The translations under genes were made by a program, and so were the position numbers. A stretch of 39,516 nucleotides of DNA, from positions 1 to 39,516 of IMG/VR virus record IMGVR_UViG_3300049228_000044; one strand, given 5' to 3'. The notes beneath the pieces are model-generated. The model did no database searches, was not told the origin of the DNA, and saw only the letters and a program-made list of their open reading frames with translations. Each line of letters begins with the position of its first letter. The stretch's first letter is position 1. This DNA is from a virus (taxonomy: Duplodnaviria; Caudoviricetes). Below are positions 6,865 through 14,364 of the stretch, piece after piece.

Positions 6865-7193
6865 TGTGCCCGCTCGCCCTCTCCGAATACAACCGGGCGC
6901 GCTACCGGCACAATCCGGCCTTCCGCCTCGCGCAGATCAACCGCGTCAGGGCAGCTAGGGGAATGCCGTTAGCGCCAAGTCTGGACGCGATCAGGATCAA
7001 CATCCCGCAATGCGATTGCCCGCACGTCACGAAGCGGCAGGATGCTACGGAACGTAAAACGCAGGTGATCGCCGCCTATCAGGCCGGGCATTCATCGCGC
7101 GCTGTTGCCGCGCAATTCGGGATAGCGGACGCCTATGTCCGGCAGATCGTCAAGCGGGCAGGTGTGGCGCGCCCGCGCGGCAAGCGAACGTAA
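6864..7193 (+). CDS. HTH DNA-binding protein
   Basis: C-terminal VIAAYQAGHSSRAVAAQFGIADAYVRQIVKR helix-turn-helix. Confidence 0.7.
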   Translation: MCPLALSEYNRARYRHNPAFRLAQINRVRAARGMPLAPSLDAIRINIPQCDCPHVTKRQDATERKTQVIAAYQAGHSSRAVAAQFGIADAYVRQIVKRAGVARPRGKRT

Positions 7194-7199
7194 CCCCCC

Positions 7200-7246
7200 G
7201 CACGGTTATCCGTGCAGCCCGAGCCGGGGCGGGTGCCTCCCCCGGC
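7200..7246 (+). promoter_or_regulatory. Two intergenic GC hairpins (possible terminator/attenuator or processing site)
   Basis: GCACGG-TTAT-CCGTGC (7200-7215) and GCCGGGG...CCCCGGC (7223-7246). Confidence 0.4.
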
Positions 7247-7265
7247 ACAGTTTGAAGGAATGAGC

Positions 7266-7559
7266 ATGGGCAGGCCAACCGCTGCGGAAAAGGCTCACAT
7301 GGTGCGCGTGGCCCAGATGCCATGCCTTGTATCAGGGGAATGGCCTGTGACGCTTCACCATTGCACGGGCCACGCTGATCGGATGGGCCGCATACCGCGC
7401 TCGCATAAATGCGTCGTGCCCTTGGCGGCAAGGTATCACCTGATCCAGCACGGCCCGCGCGAGAGTGTCGAGGCGCTGGGCCATCAGGGGTTCTACCGCG
7501 TCCACGGGATTGACCTGAAAGCCGCCGGGGATCGGTTGTGGGATGAAAGCAATGGATAA
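7266..7559 (+). CDS. HNH-like nuclease (Ref/DUF968-like)
   Basis: HM.RVAQMPCLV.G...LHH...VVPL...H...H...GH..F...HGIDL pattern. Confidence 0.75.
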   Translation: MGRPTAAEKAHMVRVAQMPCLVSGEWPVTLHHCTGHADRMGRIPRSHKCVVPLAARYHLIQHGPRESVEALGHQGFYRVHGIDLKAAGDRLWDESNG

Positions 7560-7980
7560 GGCCCCGCTATTCTTTGAAGCTAGGCTAGGCGGTCTATTCC
7601 CTGCCAACCGTGCGGCAGAGGTAGCCATGCGCGAGATCGCCGGGCGCGTCCGCGTGACCATGACGGGCGGACGGGCAAACCAGCGCCGTAGGGGCCTATT
7701 CTGGGCAACGGCGGGGCTGGTTGTGCCGCTCTTGAATGACCGCCACACCATGACGCTTACCGAGGACGATTTGCACGACATCATGCGCGACAAGTTCCGC
7801 ATGTACGACGAGCATGTTTTGCCATCTGGCGAAGTGCACCGCAAGCGCTGGTCAACGTCCAACCGGGCGATGAACGAAGCGGATCGGGCCGAATACCTCA
7901 ACCGCTGCCTTGCGGTTTGGTCAACCTGGACCGGCGTTGACGTTTCTGCCTTGCGCCGGGAAGCTGAATTGTCCGCTTGA
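7552..7980 (+). CDS. DUF1367/NinB-like recombination protein
   Basis: R.N.RR...FWA...LHD...STS...M...R.EY pattern; usual neighbour of HNH/Ref genes. Confidence 0.65.
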   Translation: MDKAPLFFEARLGGLFPANRAAEVAMREIAGRVRVTMTGGRANQRRRGLFWATAGLVVPLLNDRHTMTLTEDDLHDIMRDKFRMYDEHVLPSGEVHRKRWSTSNRAMNEADRAEYLNRCLAVWSTWTGVDVSALRREAELSA

Positions 7981-8283
7981 CGGCGGAAAGGACTGAATAT
8001 GTCGGAGACCTTTTGGAATTACGAGCCGACGCCATGCCGGATTGTCCGCGTCGTTGTTGGACGCTCGCCAAGGCCGAGTTGGTGGAGCGCGAGCCTCGCT
8101 GGCACAATCCGCGAGGCCGTCGAGGTCAATTACCACGGCGAGGTGTTTTACCTCGACAATCCGGGCGTCCCGGCAATCAACCCCGGCGAGGGCTGGCGCA
8201 AAGTCACCGAAGGCCGAGGCGGACCTGATTGGCCGCATTCTGAGATACCGAACGCGCGCGTTATCGAGGACGGCGGAAAGGAC
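7979..8283 (+). repeat. 15-bp direct repeat pair GACGGCGGAAAGGAC
   Basis: Copies at 7979-7993 and 8269-8283, each containing the RBS of the following gene. Confidence 0.9.
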
Positions 8284-8289
8284 GGATGA
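7999..8289 (+). CDS. Hypothetical protein (96 aa)
   Basis: AAGGA RBS; ORF track. Confidence 0.75.
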   Translation: MSETFWNYEPTPCRIVRVVVGRSPRPSWWSASLAGTIREAVEVNYHGEVFYLDNPGVPAINPGEGWRKVTEGRGGPDWPHSEIPNARVIEDGGKDG

Positions 8290-8564
8290 TGGACTGGCAA
8301 CCGATTAGCACCGCGCCGGAGGATGGGACGAAGGTTCTCGTGCTTTATATGGGGGATGTGCATGTGGCAGAATTTGGGCCTGTCTGGCACCCTTCGGATA
8401 AGCGGTGGAAGGTTAGGGCGCCTAGCCGCGATCCGCAAAACATAAACACGGCGGTCATTGGCCCAGATATTGGACCAGACGGAAAGTTGCAACTTTGGGG
8501 GGACGCAGGCCCAACCCATTGGATGCCCCTTCCCCCTACCGATGGAGGCAACAATGAAGGATGA
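8286..8564 (+). CDS. DUF551-family protein
   Basis: WQPISTAP.DGT.VL...PTHWMPLP signature. Confidence 0.85.
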   Translation: MMDWQPISTAPEDGTKVLVLYMGDVHVAEFGPVWHPSDKRWKVRAPSRDPQNINTAVIGPDIGPDGKLQLWGDAGPTHWMPLPPTDGGNNEG

Positions 8565-8718
8565 ACGCTGCGAGAACTGCCGGTTCTCCAAGCCGCACAA
8601 TGACGGCATCCCGGCCAACTCAGGCTTTATGATAATGTGTCGGCGCTTTCCGGCTCATGTTGTGCGGCAAACCTATTCCTGGTGCGGCGAGTTCAGCAAG
8701 TTGGAGGACCAGCCATGA
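8554..8718 (+). CDS. Small Cys-rich protein (54 aa)
   Basis: GGAGG RBS; CENCRF...CRRFP...WCGEF motif. Confidence 0.75.
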   Translation: MKDERCENCRFSKPHNDGIPANSGFMIMCRRFPAHVVRQTYSWCGEFSKLEDQP

Positions 8719-8903
8719 CCAATGACACTCGGTTCTGGAACGCGACAGAGCGCGCGGAAGCCGACTTTACCGGCTCAGCAGACGTGTCACGGTTTCGGCG
8801 AAAGATGCGGAAGCTCGGGCACGATTGGGATGCAATCGCAGACCGCATTGCGTCGATTCACCCCCGTCTCTCCAAACAGGAGAAGCCCGATGACCAAGGA
8901 TGA
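8715..8903 (+). CDS. Hypothetical protein (62 aa)
   Basis: GGAGG RBS, ATGA overlap. Confidence 0.7.
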   Translation: MTNDTRFWNATERAEADFTGSADVSRFRRKMRKLGHDWDAIADRIASIHPRLSKQEKPDDQG

Positions 8904-9147
8904 AATCGCCGGGATCGCGGCGGGGTTGAGTAAGGCGCAGTGGGCGGCAATCCGCGATGCTTCACCACTTTATCGAAGCAGCCCGGATGCGCTCTTCATC
9001 ACAGCGCGAGGTCGCGGACGCAACGCCTTGCTAGACAGCCTCCATAACCTTCATCTTGTGGCTGTGTCCACCTTCGGGCCAATGCTGACAAACGGAGGCC
9101 TAGCCGTCCGCAACCACCTCAAGGACCACCCCCATGCTGACCGATGA
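8890..9147 (+). CDS. Hypothetical protein (85 aa, winged-helix-like LT..GLAVR C-terminus)
   Basis: AGGAG RBS before ATG 8890. Confidence 0.7.
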   Translation: MTKDEIAGIAAGLSKAQWAAIRDASPLYRSSPDALFITARGRGRNALLDSLHNLHLVAVSTFGPMLTNGGLAVRNHLKDHPHADR

Positions 9148-9382
9148 AATGCGCGCCGATGGCTGGATCGTGATCAATATCGGCTGCATTGAGTGTGGCG
9201 TTTCTTCCAACATTGTTGGAGTCTTTACCGACCAAGCTACGGCTGATGGGCTGGCTGAAGCGCTAAACAAAACACATTCTTGGCGAGAGGGCGGGCAAAA
9301 CCATTTTGAGGTTTTCCACATGCCACGGCTAAACGAAGTTGCAGAAGAGTATCGCCCGGAGCCGCCCCATGACCCCCGCTGA
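9134..9382 (+). CDS. Hypothetical protein (82 aa, CIEC)
   Basis: AAGGA RBS; ORF track. Confidence 0.7.
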   Translation: MLTDEMRADGWIVINIGCIECGVSSNIVGVFTDQATADGLAEALNKTHSWREGGQNHFEVFHMPRLNEVAEEYRPEPPHDPR

Positions 9383-9800
9383 ACGCAACGCGCTGGCCGA
9401 CCGGATCGAGGCGGAAGCGCCAAGCCGGGAACTGGATGCGGCGATATACAACGCTGTCCCTGACGGCCCAAACCGCAAGGCTGAACGCTTGCCCGTGGAT
9501 CGGTGGGAAAGCCGGTTTGACGACGGCTGGCGGACAATGTGGGCTGACCGCGAGGATAAGTATTGCGAACCGTTGAAGCGCTACACAACCTCGCTCGACG
9601 CGGCCATGACGCTGGTGCCGGAGGGGTGGTTTGTGGACATTTCAATAAGGCCGGAAAGGTTCAAACCGAGTGCCGCTTATACTCACCCAAGCAAGGTTAG
9701 GAGGGGCCTCTGGTATCGTGTCGAAGCATCAACCCGGCCTCAAGCTGTTTGCGCCGCCGCCCTTCGCGCACAGGCACAGGAGGCGGGGGATGCTGCCTAA
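9369..9800 (+). CDS. Phage ABA-sandwich-like protein
   Basis: SRELDAAI...YTTSLDAAMTLVPEGW...A.CAAALRA motif. Confidence 0.7.
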   Translation: MTPAERNALADRIEAEAPSRELDAAIYNAVPDGPNRKAERLPVDRWESRFDDGWRTMWADREDKYCEPLKRYTTSLDAAMTLVPEGWFVDISIRPERFKPSAAYTHPSKVRRGLWYRVEASTRPQAVCAAALRAQAQEAGDAA

Positions 9801-9951
9801 AGACCTACTGGACGCTGTTGGCGAACTCGCGATGGCGATCAAGCCGCACTACATGGACGCTGGCCAGCGGAAGCGGATCGCAGCGGCAATAGGCGTCCTG
9901 ATCGAACATATCATCGCTTACAGGCCGGAGCCAACCGATGCAAACACCTGA
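9790..9951 (+). CDS. Hypothetical protein (53 aa)
   Basis: GGAGG RBS; overlaps neighbours. Confidence 0.65.
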   Translation: MLPKDLLDAVGELAMAIKPHYMDAGQRKRIAAAIGVLIEHIIAYRPEPTDANT

Positions 9952-10146
9952 ACAATGGTTCGCATGGCATCCAGTGCGGTGCAAGGCGGTCGCCGGGCTG
10001 GGCTGGCACCATAACGGCGGCTGGGTTTGGCTCCGCATGGTTTGGCGGCACAGATCAAGCCGCTTGGTTGCTTACAGCAAGAGTACCGACCACTGGACCA
10101 CAAGGAAATGCTGGGCGTACTACATAAAGCCGGAGCCGACCGATGC
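9924..10146 (+). repeat. 18-bp direct repeat pair GCCGGAGCC(A/G)ACCGATGC
   Basis: Copies at 9924-9941 and 10129-10146 (17/18 identical), each spanning RBS and ATG. Confidence 0.9.
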
Positions 10147-10153
10147 CACCTGA
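9938..10153 (+). CDS. Trp-rich hypothetical protein (71 aa, WFAWHPVR motif)
   Basis: GGAG RBS; WFAW.PV...WVWL motif common in phage small genes. Confidence 0.75.
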   Translation: MQTPEQWFAWHPVRCKAVAGLGWHHNGGWVWLRMVWRHRSSRLVAYSKSTDHWTTRKCWAYYIKPEPTDAT

Positions 10154-10328
10154 CACCCTCTCCCCGCTCACCACCCGCCAGGAGCGCAAGGGGATCGAAG
10201 CGATCATATCCAAGGTGGTCCGGCGCGCAGTTTTCCACCGCAACGCCAACGATCTGCTGGTTGAGGTCTACCTCGCCGGGCTGTGGCACGGCAGCGAGCT
10301 TATGCGGCAAGGAAGGATTGAGAGATGA
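10143..10328 (+). CDS. Hypothetical protein (61 aa)
   Basis: GGAG RBS; coupled. Confidence 0.7.
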   Translation: MPPDTLSPLTTRQERKGIEAIISKVVRRAVFHRNANDLLVEVYLAGLWHGSELMRQGRIER

Positions 10329-10594
10329 ACGACGAAAACAAGCTGCCAGATAACGGACGAGCTATTCTCGACGCATTATCCACCGGCGGCGATTGGGAAG
10401 CCCCCGACGAAGATAATTTTTACGCTCGTAAAAGGCCCGCCATGACCACCGAACCCCTATCCGCCCGGCTCGAACGGCTGGCGAAGAATGCGCTCAATGC
10501 CAGGGATTTGTACGAGCAGGGCGCGCGCGGCGCTGGGCAGATCATTGATCTTATTCCAACCATCATCGCAGCTTTGAAGGAGGCAGGTAAGTGA
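10325..10594 (+). CDS. Hypothetical protein (89 aa)
   Basis: ATGA overlap; ORF track. Confidence 0.65.
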   Translation: MNDENKLPDNGRAILDALSTGGDWEAPDEDNFYARKRPAMTTEPLSARLERLAKNALNARDLYEQGARGAGQIIDLIPTIIAALKEAGK

Positions 10595-10785
10595 GCAGCA
10601 CCAGCTCCATAATTGTCCGGCAGGACGCAACCGCAGCAGCGCGACAGCGCATGTTCGATATGCTGGTCGGGTTTGCGCCGTGCCGCGAACTGAAAGTCGG
10701 GGACATCGTTTGGATTGCCGACTGGGTTTCGATAGTAACATTCGACGCGATCAGGGCCGTTGACGAAGCGGAACAGCCGCCATGA
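10591..10785 (+). CDS. Hypothetical protein (64 aa)
   Basis: GGAGG RBS, GTGA overlap. Confidence 0.65.
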   Translation: MSSTSSIIVRQDATAAARQRMFDMLVGFAPCRELKVGDIVWIADWVSIVTFDAIRAVDEAEQPP

Positions 10786-10970
10786 CCAAGCCCGGAAACC
10801 ACCGCGTCGAGGTGCAGGAGAGCGAGGAATATCTCGCAGGCCGGGAAGCGGCTAGGCGCGGCGACACGAAGCCTGATTGGCACACTTACGGCTCGATTGT
10901 ACTCGCTACTTGCCTCTTGCGGATGCGCCTCGGCTGGCAGGACTACCACGATCAGGAGAAGGCGAAGTGA
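10782..10970 (+). CDS. Hypothetical protein (62 aa)
   Basis: ATGA overlap; Y..G.EAARRG...GW.D motif. Confidence 0.7.
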   Translation: MTKPGNHRVEVQESEEYLAGREAARRGDTKPDWHTYGSIVLATCLLRMRLGWQDYHDQEKAK

Positions 10971-11100
10971 CCACCATTCGTTGCATCGTTTGGATGTTTC
11001 TGGTTCTGTGCACTGTGCCTTTAGCGGCTGTCGTGCAGGGTATTCTCTGGGTCGCCAATATCGTTGAACCCGATTGCTGAAGGAGAAGGCGAAGTGACCA
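10954..11100 (+). repeat. 20-bp direct repeat pair AGGAGAAGGCGAAGTGACCA
   Basis: Exact copies at 10954-10973 and 11081-11100, each spanning RBS and GTG start. Confidence 0.95.
10967..11080 (+). CDS. Small membrane protein (37 aa)
   Basis: AGGAG RBS, GTG start; hydrophobic IVWMFLVLCTVPLAAVVQGILWV. Confidence 0.65.
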   Translation: MTTIRCIVWMFLVLCTVPLAAVVQGILWVANIVEPDC

Positions 11101-11447
11101 TCGAAACCGAAGCGCGGGCGCTGATTGAACGGCTGGGAAGACCAGGACCAACAATTCGTGCCGATGCGAACCAAGCCGCCGCCATGCTCGAAACCCTGCT
11201 TGCCGAGAACGTGAAGCAGGCGGCAGCGCTGGCCCAACTTCACGAAGCGATGGCGACCGTGTTGTCGCTGCGGCGGCTGTCCACTACCCCTGAGGAGCGT
11301 GAAACCGCCAAGGCTGCGATCCTTGTCTGGCGAAAGATCGAGAGGCTGGTTCGCGATACTTCGCCGCGCGCGTCAGACGAAGGTGACGAGATATGGGAAA
11401 CGCCGGGAGACATTACCGTAGAAGCCCTGAAAGACCTCACCCCATGA
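11094..11447 (+). CDS. Hypothetical protein (117 aa)
   Basis: AAGGAG RBS, GTG 11094. Confidence 0.75.
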   Translation: MTIETEARALIERLGRPGPTIRADANQAAAMLETLLAENVKQAAALAQLHEAMATVLSLRRLSTTPEERETAKAAILVWRKIERLVRDTSPRASDEGDEIWETPGDITVEALKDLTP

Positions 11448-11590
11448 CACCTGAACCATGCCCCGCATGTCGCGGCTCCGGGAAAACATGGCGCTACCGG
11501 CAAGACGATCAGCGCTATCCGGTAAAGTGCGCCAAGTGCGCAGGCTCCGGGATCGCGCCACAAGCCCCGAAGGAGAACGGCGATGGTTGA
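11444..11590 (+). CDS. Small DnaJ-type zinc-finger protein (48 aa)
   Basis: Two CxxCxGxG motifs: CPACRGSG and CAKCAGSG. Confidence 0.75.
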   Translation: MTPEPCPACRGSGKTWRYRQDDQRYPVKCAKCAGSGIAPQAPKENGDG

Positions 11591-11822
11591 AGTGACACAG
11601 GCGGACCGGGATTGCGAAAAAGCCGTGCTTGATACGATGTTCCGCGGCGACGTAGAGCCGGGCAGTATCGCCGCCGCGCATGTTGCCCGCGAGCGCGATG
11701 GGATGATCGCTTGGCTGCGGGAGCTTGTAGCACAGGCGGAACGGCGCGGCACAATTTCGTTGCTCACAGGCATTGCCGACGCATTCGAGCGTGGCGAGGA
11801 TAAGGAGACTGATCGTGGTTGA
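11583..11822 (+). CDS. Hypothetical protein (79 aa)
   Basis: AAGGAG RBS; MVEVTQADR start. Confidence 0.75.
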   Translation: MVEVTQADRDCEKAVLDTMFRGDVEPGSIAAAHVARERDGMIAWLRELVAQAERRGTISLLTGIADAFERGEDKETDRG

Positions 11823-12069
11823 TGCAATGGAAGTGTGGCTAGGGGCGCGCAAAGCCGCCTATGCAGAGTGGCAATCTTTACCTATTGCCAACGAAGCAGG
11901 CGCCACCGTCATTGAAGCCGCTCTGTCCCGCGCCCGGATCGAAGGCGCGAAGGCTATGCAGGAAGCGGCGGTGAAGGCAGTGCAAGACAACCTCGCATTC
12001 AGCATTAAGGTCATCATTATAAAAGCAATCCGCGCCCTCGATCCCGTCAAGATCGCAGGGGGTGAGTGA
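11815..12069 (+). CDS. Hypothetical protein (84 aa)
   Basis: AAGGAG RBS, GTG 11815; AIRALDP motif. Confidence 0.7.
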   Translation: MVDAMEVWLGARKAAYAEWQSLPIANEAGATVIEAALSRARIEGAKAMQEAAVKAVQDNLAFSIKVIIIKAIRALDPVKIAGGE

Positions 12070-12344
12070 TGGACCTGGTTGAACGTGTCCGCGATGTCGT
12101 GCTTGCCGTCACCTTTGGCGATGGGGACACGTTGCATGACTATCTCGGCATGATGTCCGATGGCGACGGCGGGCTTGAGGATGGCGAGCTGATCGCCCGC
12201 GCTGCCATTGCCACTGTGCTGGACGCGCTGGCAGAGCCGGGCGAGGCGTTGCAGGGCGCAGTTGACGCTGTGCCGGTCGGAGTGGACAATCTCCACGAGA
12301 TATGGGCGGTAATGCTCGCCTATCGCCGCAAGGAGATGCTGTGA
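12066..12344 (+). CDS. Hypothetical protein (92 aa), last early gene
   Basis: LVERV...ARAAIA...EP...W..ML motif typical of alphaproteobacterial phage small genes. Confidence 0.75.
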   Translation: MMDLVERVRDVVLAVTFGDGDTLHDYLGMMSDGDGGLEDGELIARAAIATVLDALAEPGEALQGAVDAVPVGVDNLHEIWAVMLAYRRKEML

Positions 12345-12497
12345 GGGGGCATTCTCCCCTCGCGCCGTTCATGACCGGCTCTGAAAGCGCATTCACCGGA
12401 CCTTCCCCGGATATTCGACGCAGCGGGCACTCCCAACAAACTGCGCGCTAGCCTCGTTACGCTCTTAGCAACGCAGAGTTGGAGCTTGGCGGGCTGT
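12343..12497 (-). ncRNA. Putative ~150-nt structured small RNA
   Basis: Downstream of TTGCCC-17-TAGACA. Nested stems (CTCCAAC/GTTGGGAG, CTGCG/CGCAG) and hairpins CCGG..CCGG, GCCG..CGGC, GAGGGG..CCCCTC. Confidence 0.45.
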
Positions 12498-12503
12498 CCC
12501 GCT

Positions 12504-12549
12504 TGTCTAGCACGCCGGGGCTTGACGGGCAAGCGCGATGGGGTATGGT
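12504..12549. promoter_or_regulatory. Overlapping divergent sigma70 promoters
   Basis: + strand TTGACG(12522-12527)-16-TATGGT(12544-12549); - strand TTGCCC(12532-12527)-17-TAGACA(12509-12504). Confidence 0.65.
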
Positions 12550-12555
12550 GCGGGG

Positions 12556-12638
12556 GCTGCGGCGTCGTTCACTGACAAGTGCCCCTGGGAACTTCGGACG
12601 CGATAGGTGGAACAGTTGCCGATTAGGTCCGCCGCAGC
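12556..12638 (+). ncRNA. Small RNA 1 (83 nt), closing stem GCTGCGGCG/CGCCGCAGC
   Basis: Perfect 9-bp terminal stem starting 7 nt after the -10 box; internal stems GTTC/GAAC and CGGAC/GTCCG. Confidence 0.65.
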
Positions 12639-12640
12639 AC

Positions 12641-12668
12641 TTGCCTTCCTTCCGCAATGGTGTAGCAT
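12641..12668 (+). promoter_or_regulatory. Sigma70 promoter of small RNA 2
   Basis: TTGCCT-16-TAGCAT, same geometry as the RNA 1 promoter. Confidence 0.6.
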
Positions 12669-12674
12669 GGCCGG

Positions 12675-12775
12675 GCTGCGGCAGGAAATTTCGCCCACGG
12701 TGTGGCAACCGACTTCGTGTGCGGCAATGTCCACACAACAAGCCTGGAATGCCGCGCGGTGGAGCGGCCCGCAGC
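12675..12775 (+). ncRNA. Small RNA 2 (101 nt), tRNA-like acceptor/T-arm architecture
   Basis: 7-bp GCTGCGG/CCGCAGC stem starting 7 nt after the -10 box; 5-bp hairpin GCCGC-N8-GCGGC stacked directly before the 3' strand. Confidence 0.65.
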
Positions 12776-13392
12776 TACCTATCCACCGGCATATCTGGCA
12801 GGGGCCATTCAACCGGCTTGGCAGTCCCCGCATTGATCTTGTCCACCGCCATGTTGTGCGCTGCTACTCCGATCTTGACCCATTCGACAAGGGCTTGCAG
12901 TTCAGGTTCTCGGATCGCAACCATTCCGGTATCGGGTGGCAAGTCAGCAGGAACGTCGGGATTACTTCCTTCGGCGGGGGCGGGGGAAGGGCTGCGACAA
13001 ACTTGGTTGGGCCGCACCCGGTTAGCAGCGACATAGCGAGCAAGGGCGGTATCAGCAGCTTGCGAGCCGAGTTCATAGGCATGTTGTGCATCCTTCGCTA
13101 GTGCGGCGTTTCGGGCTTCGACGGCCTTGACCTGGGCCAGCGCGAGTTCTGAGGCTTGCTTGCTGGCGCTCACATAAGCGGCCTTTTGATCGGTATAGGC
13201 TTGCTCCCAAGTAGCGGCATCTACCCGCGCGTCCTGTCTGCCCCGCCACAGCCAGCCAGAGAGGCACAGGGACGCGATCAGGGCCGCTTGCCATGGATAA
13301 CGCATCGCAAGCCTAAAAAGCGCTGATATCGCTTCCTTGAGCCAATTCCAGATGCCCATTGCTTTCAGGGCTAGCGTGGCGAGGAAGGTCAT
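12775..13392 (-). CDS. Rz: Rz-like inner-membrane spanin
   Basis: N-terminal TM segment plus coiled coil; end of the lysis cassette; contains an embedded lipoprotein ORF. Confidence 0.8.
   Translation of the reverse strand: MTFLATLALKAMGIWNWLKEAISALFRLAMRYPWQAALIASLCLSGWLWRGRQDARVDAATWEQAYTDQKAAYVSASKQASELALAQVKAVEARNAALAKDAQHAYELGSQAADTALARYVAANRVRPNQVCRSPSPAPAEGSNPDVPADLPPDTGMVAIREPELQALVEWVKIGVAAHNMAVDKINAGTAKPVEWPLPDMPVDR
12864..13076 (-). CDS. Rz1: Rz1-like outer-membrane lipoprotein spanin, embedded in Rz
   Basis: MNSARKLLIPPLLAMSLLTG-C lipobox followed by a Pro-rich mature part, in a different frame inside Rz. Confidence 0.8.
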   Translation of the reverse strand: MNSARKLLIPPLLAMSLLTGCGPTKFVAALPPPPPKEVIPTFLLTCHPIPEWLRSENLNCKPLSNGSRSE

Positions 13393-13535
13393 GGCTTCCG
13401 TTCCGGCACTTGAAACCCGACTGGCCTATCGGGGTGGCGATGCACGGCATGATCGTCGAAGGCATCGCTCCATGATTTGGCATTCCGGTGCGTGCGCTCG
13501 TTGCGATTGCGGGGGTTGTAATAGGGCTTGGTCAT
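13389..13535 (-). CDS. Hypothetical protein (48 aa, MTKPYYNPRN...)
   Basis: TGATG and ATGA couplings at both ends; GGAG RBS. Confidence 0.6.
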   Translation of the reverse strand: MTKPYYNPRNRNERTHRNAKSWSDAFDDHAVHRHPDRPVGFQVPERKP

Positions 13536-13837
13536 CACCCCTTCTCCGTATCATCCGACAACGGTGGTGCTTCGGCAACCGGCGCGCTCTTGCCGAGCTG
13601 GTCCGCCATGCTTTGCATCGCCTGGTTTTGCCCGATGTTGCGGATCGAATTGATCAGCAACGGCAACGCCGCCATAAGCCCGCCGATCACGATCCCGTGC
13701 GTCTGGCTGTTGTCCGGCGCGTCCCCGCCAAGGATCGCAATGCCGAAGTCGCCAAGGCCAGCCACGAATATCGAGCCGACAATGACAATGACCGCTAGCG
13801 ACCACAGCGCGAACAGTTCCCAGCCATGGTTTTTCAT
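13535..13837 (-). CDS. Holin-like two-TM membrane protein
   Basis: Two hydrophobic helices; directly after the endolysin. Confidence 0.65.
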   Translation of the reverse strand: MKNHGWELFALWSLAVIVIVGSIFVAGLGDFGIAILGGDAPDNSQTHGIVIGGLMAALPLLINSIRNIGQNQAMQSMADQLGKSAPVAEAPPLSDDTEKG

Positions 13838-14364
13838 GCCGTCACCTCAAGCGTTGCCATTTCCAGCGCGGTCCGGCGCACCGCTTCAACCCGGCGCGTC
13901 CAGCCCTTGCCGAACCGCCAGAATACATTGAGGCCCTGCAAAAAGCCCAAACGCTTGCGGCACAGCGTGATAATCGTCGCCTTGGTCCCCATCCTGCCTA
14001 CAGCCGCAATCGTCGCCTTGCCGATGATCCCATCGCCGACCGCGCCAACCGATGCTTGCAGATACTTCGATGCCCGCGAAACCCCGCTGTTGACCGCGTA
14101 ATCGAATACCGCGTAATCCACCCCGGAAGGCAGATCGTCGCACCGTGCCCGATCCCAATAGAGCATCCGGTAAATCCATGCGATTTCATCGGCGGTAATG
14201 GCAATCACAGACTGCACGCCTTGCCCGTGCGACTTGCGCCAGCCGTCATAGACCGCCTGCGTCACGCCCTTGTTCGTCGCCCCGCCGGGGTCGTGCGGAT
14301 CGTTGACGTAGCCGCCCTCGTGAACGAGAACCCATGCGAGGCATTTGTCGAAGTTGTCTTTCAT
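13834..14364 (-). CDS. Endolysin, glycoside hydrolase family 108 with PG-binding domain
   Basis: HEGGYVNDPHDPGGATNKGVT, FDYAVNSG, DG.IG..T and FGKGWTRR motifs; AGGAG RBS before ATG 14364. Confidence 0.95.
   Translation of the reverse strand: MKDNFDKCLAWVLVHEGGYVNDPHDPGGATNKGVTQAVYDGWRKSHGQGVQSVIAITADEIAWIYRMLYWDRARCDDLPSGVDYAVFDYAVNSGVSRASKYLQASVGAVGDGIIGKATIAAVGRMGTKATIITLCRKRLGFLQGLNVFWRFGKGWTRRVEAVRRTALEMATLEVTA

Noticed and set aside
12556-12775. Canonical tRNA genes
   Set aside because: No encoded CCA, no TTCRA T-loop and no standard D or anticodon arm spacing. Reported as tRNA-like sRNAs instead.
12479-13101. + strand ORFs of 185 and 164 aa across the sRNA cluster and spanins
   Set aside because: TTG/GTG starts without RBS, antisense to Rz/Rz1 and non-protein-like composition. 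The promoter-plus-stem geometry explains the region better.
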